This document shows positions 48,176 through 57,830 of a stretch of DNA of 64,000 nucleotides, piece by piece; position 1 is the first letter of the stretch; each line of letters opens with the position of its first letter. The stretch is from a virus. The position numbers and the translations under genes are program-made. The DNA lies in the IMG/VR virus record IMGVR_UViG_3300014838_000017, positions 18,349-82,348 of that record; one strand, written 5' to 3'. The notes below the pieces were generated by a model, which did not search any database, was not told the origin of the DNA, and was given only the letters and a program-made list of their open reading frames with translations.

Positions 48176-50797
48176 ATGGAAACGATAACGAAGTTCGATG
48201 ACGTAAAGAAGCAAACCACCGAGGAATATTTTCAAAACAATCAATTTAGCATAGATGCTTTTAAAAAGAAATATGCTATAAATCCTGAAGAGACGTATGT
48301 CCAAGCAGTTAAACGAGTTTGCGATTTTGTCGCATCGGTTGAATCTACGCAGGAGCTTCGGGACTATTGGAGTGCTCGGTGGTTCAGTGAAATCTACAAC
48401 GATTGGTGGCACCCCGCTGGTTCTATTATGCAGGGGGCTGGGAGTGGAAGAAAGATTAGTTTAGCTAACTGTACTCATATATCCCTTGGAGGTTTACGTG
48501 ATTCGGAAGATTGGGATAATCTCGAATCCATTATTAAAAATACTTCTTATACGACCGCAAAATGTGCTGCCTATAGACAAGGTTTAGGTATTGATTTTTC
48601 TAAGTTGCGTCCAAATGGTTGTAAAGTTTTAAATTCAGCCAACCAAAGTACTGGCACGGTACATTGGATGGAATATGAAGATAAAATTGGTTATTTTGTT
48701 GGTCAAAAAGGACGTATTCCGGCAATGTTATTCAGTCTTTCCTGTGATCATCCGGACGTGGAGGAGTTTATTCAAATCAAGTCTGACTACACAAAAATTC
48801 AGAACGCAAATATCAGTGTTCAATGCACCGAGAAGTTTTACAAGGCGGTGGATAATGATGAAGATTGGGAACTACGGTTTGAAGTTCCCGGCATTAAGAA
48901 AGGTGATCGTATTTATGTTGATGTCCATAGCATTGATATGAGTTGCACTCGTGAGAAGGAAAGCGGTCGTTATTATCGCATTGCTACCCATGATAAGAAA
49001 AGAGAAGTGTTCACCAAGATAGTTAAAGCTCGTACGTTGATGGAGTTGATTGCCAAGAATATGCATACCAACGCAGAACCTGGTATTCAAAATATTGACA
49101 TTGCTCGTAAATATAGTAATTCGGATGCTGTTTATGACGAAAATGATGAGTATGATTCTCGAATTATTGGGACAAATGCGTGTTCCGAACAGTATCTTTC
49201 TCGGGAATCTCTCTGTGTGCTCGCATCACTAAACTGCGGACGTTTTTCGGCGAAGCGGGAATTATTTGCCGTGCAACTGGATAAAATTGGACACTCGGTT
49301 AATCGTTTTCTTGATGACGTAAATGAATGTGAATTGGTATATCAAACTTATGCCACTCCTCATCAGGCACTTGCTATTCGTAAATTGCGCCGAACTGGCG
49401 CAGGAGTTACTAACATTGCGGCTTGGTTATTCAAGTGTAATGTGGCGTATGGAACCAAAGAGGGTAATGATGCTATTGAAGAGTTTATCAAGTGGTATAA
49501 CTACTGGCTGTATGTTAGCACAGAAGAGCTTGGTCTTGAAAAGGGGGACTTTGGTCTATTCAATAAGGAAAAATGGCGTAATGCCCCGTTTGTAGCTCGT
49601 ATTATCAAAGAGTCTGAGAAGATGAACTCTGAATATAAGGTTCCGATCATCAAAGGCACTCATGCTCGCAATGTGACAGTCAGTTCGATTGCCCCGACTG
49701 GTACATTATCATTGATGTTCCGTGATTTCGTTCTTTCTTATGGGATCGAACCCGCATTCTTCATGTATTTCTGGAAACGCACTCGTATGGTGGGTAAGTA
49801 TGAATATTACTTCTGCGTGCCACGGGTTGTTCGTGATGCATTCACTGAGGCAGGCATTCCTATTCCAATGACTTCCGATACTGTTAAAGATACGTGGGAT
49901 GGAAAAATTGGAGCACCGATTGCCAAGTTCATCGAAGAGCATAGGAGTAAGTTTAATTTTAAGGAATCGCCTGATATTAATCCGTTGGATAAACTCAACC
50001 TTATGGCGCAAGTCATGAAGTGGGTGGATAGTTCTATTTCGGTCACTTATATGTTGCCGATTGGATCGACGTGGAAGGAAGTTTATAATTTCATTTTGGA
50101 AGCTCATAAGCGAGAAGTTAAAAGTATTGCCGCTTTCCCCGATAAGAAAATGTATGGTATTGTATCCAACATGCCATTTCGAGGGCTTGCTTTCAAGTTG
50201 AAGGATGAGAATATTGTTATTGGGCATCAGAACTTTTCCGATGATGAATTGAAGGAATTGAATCTATCTCGTGAGAATATTACGAATCCAAAGAATACTT
50301 ATCCCAAGCGTTTGCCATCCATTGATGCAGATATTTATGTGGTCAGCGTCAAGGGACAGAAGTTTGTTATTGTCGTTGGTGTTCAGAATGGACAGCCATA
50401 TGAAATCTTCGGAGGTCACGTTAATGGGTTTGGATTCAAGTTTGCTTATAAAAAAGGTAAACTGACCAAAGTCAAACAAGGGCAGTATGCTCTTGAAATT
50501 GATGATATTTGCATTGATGACTTCTCGAAACAGTTTACTCCGACGGAGCAAATTCTATTCCGTATGGCTTCGATGGCAATGCGCCACGGTGTCCCAGTAC
50601 AGTTTGTAGTTGAACAACTTCAGAAGGGAACGAATGATATTACATCAATGGGTGCCGCCGCCGCACGTTGCTTGAAGAAATATATTAAGGATGGTACCGC
50701 AATAAATGGCCAAAAATGCCCATCGTGTGGTAAAGAACTCGTATATTTAGAGGGGTGCTGTTCGTGCCCATCATGTGGTTGGTCTAGATGTAGTTGA
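48176..50797 (+). CDS. nrdJ: Class II (adenosylcobalamin-dependent) ribonucleotide reductase
   Basis: SLANC, GIDFSKLRP, AEPG, TNACSE, SIAPTGTLS, GIEP, DSSISVT, a TSCPD-like region and a C-terminal Cys cluster; no nrdB nearby. Confidence 0.88.
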   Translation: METITKFDDVKKQTTEEYFQNNQFSIDAFKKKYAINPEETYVQAVKRVCDFVASVESTQELRDYWSARWFSEIYNDWWHPAGSIMQGAGSGRKISLANCTHISLGGLRDSEDWDNLESIIKNTSYTTAKCAAYRQGLGIDFSKLRPNGCKVLNSANQSTGTVHWMEYEDKIGYFVGQKGRIPAMLFSLSCDHPDVEEFIQIKSDYTKIQNANISVQCTEKFYKAVDNDEDWELRFEVPGIKKGDRIYVDVHSIDMSCTREKESGRYYRIATHDKKREVFTKIVKARTLMELIAKNMHTNAEPGIQNIDIARKYSNSDAVYDENDEYDSRIIGTNACSEQYLSRESLCVLASLNCGRFSAKRELFAVQLDKIGHSVNRFLDDVNECELVYQTYATPHQALAIRKLRRTGAGVTNIAAWLFKCNVAYGTKEGNDAIEEFIKWYNYWLYVSTEELGLEKGDFGLFNKEKWRNAPFVARIIKESEKMNSEYKVPIIKGTHARNVTVSSIAPTGTLSLMFRDFVLSYGIEPAFFMYFWKRTRMVGKYEYYFCVPRVVRDAFTEAGIPIPMTSDTVKDTWDGKIGAPIAKFIEEHRSKFNFKESPDINPLDKLNLMAQVMKWVDSSISVTYMLPIGSTWKEVYNFILEAHKREVKSIAAFPDKKMYGIVSNMPFRGLAFKLKDENIVIGHQNFSDDELKELNLSRENITNPKNTYPKRLPSIDADIYVVSVKGQKFVIVVGVQNGQPYEIFGGHVNGFGFKFAYKKGKLTKVKQGQYALEIDDICIDDFSKQFTPTEQILFRMASMAMRHGVPVQFVVEQLQKGTNDITSMGAAAARCLKKYIKDGTAINGQKCPSCGKELVYLEGCCSCPSCGWSRCS

Positions 50798-50862
50798 GTA
50801 TATACTTTATATTCGTTTAAGTACTTTGAATAGTATTTATATCAGAACGTTACGTTCAAACT

Positions 50863-51372
50863 ATGCCACAACGTCTAAGTATGGATTCCAATAACCGTCA
50901 ACTAGAGCCAAGGGTAGCAAAACTTGAAGTAGGACTAGATCGTCTGACCGAAGACGTGAGAAGTCTTGCTGGTATTGTTCGAGACCAAGGAGCCAATGTT
51001 GAGAAACAACTTCAGTCATTGACAATCGCCGTTACTGAGGCGCAAGCTCCGAGGAAAACTGATTGGTCAGTCATCATATCGGCTGTCTTATTAATGATGG
51101 CTATAGGGTCGGCAATTTTCTGGCCGTTGAATCAAACGAGTCAAATCAATAAAGAAGCTATTGACAAGCTGGAAGTGAAATTTGAACAGCACGAACAGTT
51201 GCAGGGGCATCCAGTGGGCGTGGCATTGATTCAACAATTGGATAATAGGGTAACCAATTTGGAATTGCAAAATCGAACAGATACCGAGCGGGAAAAGGAT
51301 GAATTGACATTATGGCGGCAAAAATCTATGGGGTTACAGCCATCTAATATCATTTCTACATCAACAAAGTAA
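50863..51372 (+). CDS. Coiled-coil single-TM membrane protein
   Basis: RVAKLE coiled coil and TM segment VIISAVLLMMAIGSAIFW; TATTTATA at 50834. Confidence 0.65.
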   Translation: MPQRLSMDSNNRQLEPRVAKLEVGLDRLTEDVRSLAGIVRDQGANVEKQLQSLTIAVTEAQAPRKTDWSVIISAVLLMMAIGSAIFWPLNQTSQINKEAIDKLEVKFEQHEQLQGHPVGVALIQQLDNRVTNLELQNRTDTEREKDELTLWRQKSMGLQPSNIISTSTK

Positions 51373-51405
51373 ACTTTTCTGTTATTCCATAGATATTTAT
51401 AATGT

Positions 51406-52176
51406 ATGGATGCAAAAGACCTTCAAAAAATGATTCGCCACACTCTCCTCGAAGAGGTAGAGAAGCGCAGCGGTGTAACCGATAAAGAGATTTACGAGCG
51501 TGTTCCCGAGGTTACGCACGGCGATGAGTATGAGGACATTGTTCCCCATAAGCAAGATGGACAGACCAAAGAGGAAATTCTTGATGCTATTTTGAAAGTC
51601 GCAAAGGCTGCTGATTCCACTGCTACGGTTGTGTGGGATGACCATGATGACATTTCCGTTTCTGCCCGTGATTTATTTCGTGTTCGCATCTCTCCACGTT
51701 GGGAAAACAGCTACAATATTGAAGCTATGATTCGCAACGAGGATCGTATTTACATTACTAATCAAACCATTGACCAAGTTGTTGAGTTCCTAAAAATAAA
51801 CCTTAAAAATGCGGAGACCCGCACCAGAAAAGCTTACGACAAGTCCATTAAAAATGGTGACATGAAGGCTGATAAAACGACTGCTCCCGACAAAGGGTTG
51901 CCTCAGACAAACAAGCCCAAGACACTTCCATTAACAAACGAAGCTCCTAAAACTGAAAAGAATAAAGATCGTAATTATACCGAGAAGCAAGTGAAAGATG
52001 AAAAAGACCTTCCCGAGAAGCCCATGCGTGAGGTAAAAGGTGGTAAACTTCAAATTGATTACAAGGCTAATAATCCTAAAACTTTGATGAAAGACAAGAC
52101 CAAATTTCCAGAAAATAAGCCCAATACAACATTGAGTATTAAGATTCCAAAGCAGGACACCAGTAAATTCAAATAA
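51406..52176 (+). CDS. Hypothetical protein with a Lys-rich C-terminus
   Basis: 256 aa following TATTTATA at 51394. Confidence 0.7.
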   Translation: MDAKDLQKMIRHTLLEEVEKRSGVTDKEIYERVPEVTHGDEYEDIVPHKQDGQTKEEILDAILKVAKAADSTATVVWDDHDDISVSARDLFRVRISPRWENSYNIEAMIRNEDRIYITNQTIDQVVEFLKINLKNAETRTRKAYDKSIKNGDMKADKTTAPDKGLPQTNKPKTLPLTNEAPKTEKNKDRNYTEKQVKDEKDLPEKPMREVKGGKLQIDYKANNPKTLMKDKTKFPENKPNTTLSIKIPKQDTSKFK

Positions 52177-52190
52177 TACATTACATCTTT

Positions 52191-52218
52191 AAAGCGACCC
52201 ATTTTGGGTCGCTTTTTT
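52191..52218 (+). terminator. Rho-independent terminator
   Basis: aaagcgaccca-ttt-tgggtcgcttttt. Confidence 0.85.
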
Positions 52219-52219
52219 A

Positions 52220-52248
52220 TTGACACTGTTGGCAGGGTATGATACGAT
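52220..52248 (+). promoter_or_regulatory. Sigma70-type promoter
   Basis: TTGACA-17-TACGAT with TGn; ATG 6 nt downstream. Confidence 0.7.
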
Positions 52249-52254
52249 TAGGGC

Positions 52255-53187
52255 ATGAAAGATTCAGAAGTAGATGACATCTTGCGGACTTGTATCTCTC
52301 TCAAGCCAAAAGAATTAATAATTTCGGACCTGAAGTGGAAATATCTTGTTCGCTCCATTATTCGGGGCAAGAATATCATGATTGTAGGTCCAAGTGGGTG
52401 TGCTAAAACGATGGCCGCTCGATGCGTTGCGAGTGCGCTTAAGAGAGAGTTTTTCAAAATAAACATCGGCAGCACACAAGATGCGAGGGCAACCCTCATT
52501 GGTAACACCACATATAAAAAGGAAATTGGAACGGTTTTTCATAAATCGGCGTTCGTTAACGCCATAACTACTCCAAATGCTATTATTCTACTTGACGAAT
52601 TCACTCGTGGAACTCATGATGCCCATAATATACTTATGCCTACGGTTGACCCGACTCAACGATGTATTCGGTTGGATGAGGACGACAATAGTCCTATTGT
52701 TAATGTAGCAGATGGGGTGTGTTTTATAGCAACTTGTAACGTAGGAAATGAATATACCGCTACGAAGGTTCTCGATAAAGCAATGGCACGCCGGTTCCCC
52801 ATTAAGCTTGAAATGGCTCCATTGACAGGTGCCGAACTCAAATATTTATTCGGTATTCTTTTCAAATTTCGAATGGACGATGAAATTGCATTGATGAATA
52901 CACTTGCATCCATTTATGATGATTTAGTAGCCCAAAGTGCAATGGAAGACAATAAGATTTCAACGTTTGTATCAGTTGCATCAATGGTTGAAATGGCCGA
53001 ATTGGTTTTGGACGGATTTAAGCTCGAAGAAATTGCTGAAGCAGCTATTTATCCTGAGTATGCTGATGATGGTGGTGCGGACAGTGAACGAGTATTCGTT
53101 CGTTCGCTGTTACAAAAATATATTCCTTCCAATGCTAAATCTCCAATAAACGACCCGTTGGCAGGTAAACGTAAAGAATCATTTTGA
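52255..53187 (+). CDS. MoxR/CbbQ/CobS-like AAA+ ATPase
   Basis: GPSGCAKT, LIG, ILLDEFTR, FIATCNVG.EY and LDKAMARRF. Confidence 0.88.
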   Translation: MKDSEVDDILRTCISLKPKELIISDLKWKYLVRSIIRGKNIMIVGPSGCAKTMAARCVASALKREFFKINIGSTQDARATLIGNTTYKKEIGTVFHKSAFVNAITTPNAIILLDEFTRGTHDAHNILMPTVDPTQRCIRLDEDDNSPIVNVADGVCFIATCNVGNEYTATKVLDKAMARRFPIKLEMAPLTGAELKYLFGILFKFRMDDEIALMNTLASIYDDLVAQSAMEDNKISTFVSVASMVEMAELVLDGFKLEEIAEAAIYPEYADDGGADSERVFVRSLLQKYIPSNAKSPINDPLAGKRKESF

Positions 53188-53188
53188 T

Positions 53189-53452
53189 ATGAATATTGAC
53201 TATGATATTTCCGATGAGGAGTTAAAGCTTGTTATACATGAGGTTACCGATAAACTCACGGACATCAATGATAGTAATGCTTGGGTTTATACCATTGTAT
53301 TCCCCGATGATGCCCTGAAGCAGTTTATTATAACCACCATTTATATGGCAGGAATGAGTGATAACGCATGGTCAGACAATCTTCCTGAAACTCAGTTTAG
53401 ACGGAGAATTCTACGCAATTTTTTTGGAATTGATAGGCGTATCCATCATTGA
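53189..53452 (+). CDS. Hypothetical protein
   Basis: 87-aa ORF 1 nt after the previous stop. Confidence 0.55.
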   Translation: MNIDYDISDEELKLVIHEVTDKLTDINDSNAWVYTIVFPDDALKQFIITTIYMAGMSDNAWSDNLPETQFRRRILRNFFGIDRRIHH

Positions 53453-53464
53453 CCCCGACGTTGA

Positions 53465-55687
53465 ATGAACTTAGGCAAGAAAGTTTCCCCATCCGAAGTT
53501 GACTTCTGGTTGGATACCGGAAAGTACTCTAGCTTCATTGAAGAGGGTCTCGACCCATCGAAGGGTCTTGTCTTTAACGTTGATATGATACGTCTGTCAT
53601 CAATTCGGTCTGCCGTATCTAACTTCGTTCGTATTCTTACTAGGAAAGCAATTCCGGTTTATTTCTGTGATGCTCCTACTAGTTTCAACCTTGACGGACG
53701 ACAGATTTATATTTCATCAAAAATAACCACTAAGCGGGAGTTTGATGTAACAGTAGGATTAGCTCTCCATGAAGCGGGTCATACTTTACTCACAGATTTT
53801 GATGTCATTAAGCACGCATATCAAAATGTCCCCCGAAGCATTTATAAGTTATCTGATGCCAAGAATATTCGTCGGGCATCTATGGAGAAGTTCATACATG
53901 GAATGTGGAATGTGATTGAAGATAGATATATTGATACCTACGTCTTTAATGAGGCTCCCGGTTATCGTGGATACTATGCAGCTTTATATGAGGAGTTGTG
54001 GAATTCTCCGGAGATAGATTTATTACTTCAAAGTGATGAATGTAAGTATCCTAGTCTAAAATCCTATGATTTCCGCATTACAAATTTCACGAATGAGAAT
54101 ACAGACTTAATGGCATTGCCTCGGCTCGATGATATTGCCCGGCTTATTGATATAAGTCATATAGATCGTCTTACGACTACTCGTAAGCGTATAGAGACTG
54201 CATTCAAAGTGACTGAGATCGTATTGGAATGCATAGATAAGCAAGAGAAGCTTGAGGCAAATGGCGGAGGTAAAAGTCAAAAAAAGAAGAGTGGGCTTGC
54301 CGATCCCCGAGACTTTTTCGATTTCGGTGATGGTGATTCCGAGTCAGACGATGGGGGAGAAAAGTCATCTGACGATAAGGGTAAGAAGGATGGATATGGT
54401 TCCGATGAAGAAACAAAGGACGTTGGAACCGAGATGGTCAAAGAAATCTCGGATGTCATATCTGGAAGGAATCCCCATCCCGAAAAACTTAAAGAAAATG
54501 AAAAGGCAGTAAGACAGATAAATGATGCGTCTCCGACTGACCAATCATCTAAAGAGTTGGATGCTATCATGGATAGCCAGCGGAAATTTTTGATCGGAGA
54601 AATTGATAAGGAAATAGTGACTGCCGATCAAAAAGCTTTGTTAGACTTAATTGAAAAGCACGGGATTGTTATTGTTCAGGTGGAAGTGCCTATGTTGGTT
54701 GCGGGTAATGACACCTGTTTCAAGGTGGATTGCATATTGGTTCATAAAATGAGCAAGGAACTTGTCCTGTCGGGTCAGGAGATGTTTCCGCTGTCGGGAG
54801 CCATGAAGATGGGGCAAGCTACCCCTACGCCTCCTAAAGAGGTTGGCGATGCCGTTAAAAAGGGAATATCCCTCGGTAGTAAACTAGGTCGTAAATTGCA
54901 AATTCGGTCGGAAGACCATCCCATTACGGTAATTCGAAAGAAAACAGGTAAAATCAATCGCCGAATTCTTCACGAAGCATCGTTTGATTCTGAGGAACTA
55001 TTCAAAAAGATTGAAATTGAACGGCAACCCGATGCAAATCTACATATTACTGTAGATGCGAGTGGTTCTATGACTGGAGATAAGTGGTATCGCACGATGA
55101 CTGCGGTAGTGGCTATTTGTAAAGCGGCAAGTATGGTGAATAACATCCATGTGACAGTATCGTTTAGAACAACTCAATCATCGAATGGTAAGATGCTTCC
55201 TTATGTGGTTTTGGCATATGATTCCAAGATTGATAAGTTTAATAAAATTAGGACTTTATTTCCTTATTTGGTTCCGTGTGGTTGCACTCCCGAGGGATTG
55301 GCGTTTGGGGCTACTATGAGTTTGTTTGAAGGCATTACGCCTGATGAAGAGGAGCGTTATTTTTTGAATCTTTCCGATGGTGAACCTTATTTCACTTGCA
55401 CATCCGGTAATGGAATGGCACTTGGGTATCATGGAGATACGGGAGCAACCCACACTAAGAATCAAGTGGATAAAATACGTCGGCTCGGGGTGAACATACT
55501 AAGTTATTTTATTGAGAGTGAGTATAAGGTTGAATCCCTACCTATAAAAAATACTGTTTCCATTGATACACCACAAAGAATTCAATTTCGTAAGATGTAC
55601 GGGCCTTCCTCCAAGTTTATTGACGTTAATAGCATTGTGGAATTGGCTAAGACCATTAATGCACTTTTTATACCTACGCATCAATAA
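53465..55687 (+). CDS. vWA-domain protein with an N-terminal HExxH domain (CobT-like MoxR partner)
   Basis: LHEAGH...WNVIEDRYID, acidic linker, GKINRR, MIDAS motif VDASGSM, TPE and LSDGEP. Confidence 0.85.
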   Translation: MNLGKKVSPSEVDFWLDTGKYSSFIEEGLDPSKGLVFNVDMIRLSSIRSAVSNFVRILTRKAIPVYFCDAPTSFNLDGRQIYISSKITTKREFDVTVGLALHEAGHTLLTDFDVIKHAYQNVPRSIYKLSDAKNIRRASMEKFIHGMWNVIEDRYIDTYVFNEAPGYRGYYAALYEELWNSPEIDLLLQSDECKYPSLKSYDFRITNFTNENTDLMALPRLDDIARLIDISHIDRLTTTRKRIETAFKVTEIVLECIDKQEKLEANGGGKSQKKKSGLADPRDFFDFGDGDSESDDGGEKSSDDKGKKDGYGSDEETKDVGTEMVKEISDVISGRNPHPEKLKENEKAVRQINDASPTDQSSKELDAIMDSQRKFLIGEIDKEIVTADQKALLDLIEKHGIVIVQVEVPMLVAGNDTCFKVDCILVHKMSKELVLSGQEMFPLSGAMKMGQATPTPPKEVGDAVKKGISLGSKLGRKLQIRSEDHPITVIRKKTGKINRRILHEASFDSEELFKKIEIERQPDANLHITVDASGSMTGDKWYRTMTAVVAICKAASMVNNIHVTVSFRTTQSSNGKMLPYVVLAYDSKIDKFNKIRTLFPYLVPCGCTPEGLAFGATMSLFEGITPDEEERYFLNLSDGEPYFTCTSGNGMALGYHGDTGATHTKNQVDKIRRLGVNILSYFIESEYKVESLPIKNTVSIDTPQRIQFRKMYGPSSKFIDVNSIVELAKTINALFIPTHQ

Positions 55688-55693
55688 AAACGC

Positions 55694-55722
55694 TTGACAT
55701 ATTATATCCAATCTGATAAGAT
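55694..55722 (+). promoter_or_regulatory. Sigma70-type promoter
   Basis: TTGACA-17-TAAGAT with TGn. Confidence 0.6.
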
Positions 55723-55773
55723 GGATAGCGTTATACCGATAAGGTATATATACCCGAAAACTCTAGTTAACCT

Positions 55774-56145
55774 ATGAAACAAAAGAAAAACAAGACAAAT
55801 CAAGTTGTAACATGGCCATCGGCTACTCTATGGTCAATTAAAGAACTCCATCGCCTCAATCCCAAGTTCGTTGAGATTACGCTGAGGGTGCGATTGGCTA
55901 AGGCAGTTGAATCGGCGCAGGTTGCCGAAATCGGGTGTATCCCCGGTGAAAAGGGTCGTCCTCAGAAAGTATTCTCGATGATGCCGGTGACTCAACTCAC
56001 CTTGGATCGTGCAAGATCGGAACAAATCAATCTCGTTGATAACGCCGATAAAATGGTTCAAGTTATTGCGATAAGCAATCAACCAATGGCTCCCAAAGTA
56101 AATCCGGTTGCTCCCTCTGCACCTATTACATCCGTACTTCGATAA
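55774..56145 (+). CDS. Probable winged-helix DNA-binding protein
   Basis: SIKEL...ITLRVRL.K.VE...V..IG...GEKGRPQKVF wing motif. Confidence 0.55.
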   Translation: MKQKKNKTNQVVTWPSATLWSIKELHRLNPKFVEITLRVRLAKAVESAQVAEIGCIPGEKGRPQKVFSMMPVTQLTLDRARSEQINLVDNADKMVQVIAISNQPMAPKVNPVAPSAPITSVLR

Positions 56146-56170
56146 TTGTCCACCCAATGCCGTATATCAT

Positions 56171-56371
56171 ATGAAACCTTCAAAAAATAAAAAGACCGTC
56201 TTAAAAAAGTTACGCCCGTCGGTTTATTTGATATACGGCATTTTCGATTTCAAAAATGAAAAGCTTATCTATGTAAGTCTTGACCAAGAAGAAGTAGAAC
56301 TCAAGTTTGAGTTGGAAGACTACAGTGATGAGGATTACGACATCATTACCGTTAAGATAATGGTGAAGTGA
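56171..56371 (+). CDS. Small hypothetical protein
   Basis: MKPSKNKK...IYGIFDF; the start is uncertain. Confidence 0.5.
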   Translation: MKPSKNKKTVLKKLRPSVYLIYGIFDFKNEKLIYVSLDQEEVELKFELEDYSDEDYDIITVKIMVK

Positions 56372-56677
56372 TTAGTAGCGGATAAGGTATTTACCAATGC
56401 TTTCGATAGGTCCATTGTAAGTTTGGATTTTTCTAAAGCCATTGGTGTAATCCATGATGTAGGAGTAAATTCTAACGGTTGTGGTTGCGGGAACATTCAT
56501 TTCGGTGTCGATCTTCTTGAGGTATCCAATACAGACGGATTTATTTCCCCAAATTATTGGCACATTCAAATCCTTATCGAATAGAACAAGGGTGTTAAGG
56601 TCCATATAAAATAAGTGAAACGTTTTACCGTTAATCTTCTCCCGCTTCTCTGGATTTATGACGTTTTGAGGTAGCAT
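56372..56677 (-). CDS. Hypothetical protein
   Basis: 101 aa; sense-strand TATTTATA 3 nt before the ATG. Confidence 0.6.
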   Translation of the reverse strand: MLPQNVINPEKREKINGKTFHLFYMDLNTLVLFDKDLNVPIIWGNKSVCIGYLKKIDTEMNVPATTTVRIYSYIMDYTNGFRKIQTYNGPIESIGKYLIRY

Positions 56678-56798
56678 AACTATAAATAGTGATTAAAATA
56701 AGTTGCGTGATAGTTATTGGCTTGATAGAATACTTGATAATATGAGTGGGGGATTTGAAAAAGTATATCCTCTAACAAGACATAAAATAATAGTGAGT

Positions 56799-56936
56799 AT
56801 GGGAAAAACATACAGGAAAGACAAAACATTCCGTCCAAAAGGACGTGACAAGACCTTTGGTAAAGACCCTCAACCTTGGAAAAGACCTGAGCGTCCAAAA
56901 GATTCGGACAAACAACCATCAAAATTTGACCCATGA
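56799..56936 (+). CDS. Small basic protein
   Basis: MGKTYRKDKTFRPKGRDK...; ATGA overlap with the next gene. Confidence 0.5.
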   Translation: MGKTYRKDKTFRPKGRDKTFGKDPQPWKRPERPKDSDKQPSKFDP

Positions 56937-57178
56937 TTACATCTATTCTCCTTACCGTATTGATTATCGTCGTAGTAGTGCTTGGATGGTTAGTATTTGC
57001 ACTCCATATCAAGTTACAGAAAATGGACAAGACCCAAGCGATTATGCTTGGTTGGTTTGACGGCATTCAAAAGAACGAAGAGACGTTGCAAGATGACATA
57101 AAGAAAATATTCTATGAGTTCAAAACCATCGGCAAAGAAATCGGCAAAAAGCCCCGAGTCTCTCCTCCCAAAGCGTAA
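56933..57178 (+). CDS. Small membrane-anchored protein
   Basis: N-terminal TM helix followed by a coiled coil. Confidence 0.6.
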   Translation: MITSILLTVLIIVVVVLGWLVFALHIKLQKMDKTQAIMLGWFDGIQKNEETLQDDIKKIFYEFKTIGKEIGKKPRVSPPKA

Positions 57179-57629
57179 GAGTCTGTTCGATCATATCAAA
57201 GCAATTCGGCAGATAAAAGACCCGAATTACTATACGAACTTATCGGAAGATGATCGGAAGAGTTTTAGTCATTTCATGATTCTTCGTGCTCTTTCGATGG
57301 ATGCTACCATCGTGGAGGAAATGGCACAGTTGTATCAACTATTTGATAAGATTCCATCCCCACAGTTTTATCAATTGCTCATTGCGGTTGTTCCAAAAGA
57401 TTTTCGATTCTATCCTTGGATCAAGTCCAAGAAAATGACTCATAAGAAAGAATTGCTTGCATTAGTTTCCAAGCGATTTCAGGTTTCCAAATTTGAAGCA
57501 AATGAATATGTCAATTTATTGCTTCGGAGTGAGGATGGTCAAGCGGAGTTAGTAAACATATGCCGAGCGTTCGGAAATAGTGAAGCGGAAATAGAAGCAT
57601 TGTTTAACCCTAAAAAGGATGAAGAATGA
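57114..57629 (+). CDS. Possible clamp-loader small subunit (T4 gp62-like)
   Basis: SLFD...FMILRALS...FYQLL..VPK...PWIK...EA.EY..LL pattern. Confidence 0.5.
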   Translation: MSSKPSAKKSAKSPESLLPKRKSLFDHIKAIRQIKDPNYYTNLSEDDRKSFSHFMILRALSMDATIVEEMAQLYQLFDKIPSPQFYQLLIAVVPKDFRFYPWIKSKKMTHKKELLALVSKRFQVSKFEANEYVNLLLRSEDGQAELVNICRAFGNSEAEIEALFNPKKDEE

Positions 57630-57668
57630 TATTTCAGTGTTTTATTCAGTAGTATAATACTTATAGAT

Positions 57669-57830
57669 ATGGGAAGATACAAGAAGTATATGACCGAGAA
57701 AGACCGCCAACAAGCCAAACAAAGGTGGAACCATGAGTATTATATCAGAAACAAAGAACGAGTTGATGCTGCCGCTAAAAAACGATACCACAAAAAATTG
57801 TCCAAAATGCGGAACGCTTCTACATTATAG
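57669..57830 (+). CDS. Basic leader peptide (53 aa), copy 3; not in the ORF track
   Basis: MGRYKKYMTEKDRQQAKQRWNHEYYIRNKERVDAAAKKRYHKKLSKMRNASTL; ATG 3 nt after TACTTATA. Confidence 0.7.
   Translation: MGRYKKYMTEKDRQQAKQRWNHEYYIRNKERVDAAAKKRYHKKLSKMRNASTL

Noticed and set aside
48176-50797. Intein or intron in nrdJ
   Set aside because: The ORF is continuous with no C...HN-(C/S/T) insertion seen. The same holds for recA and the polymerase.
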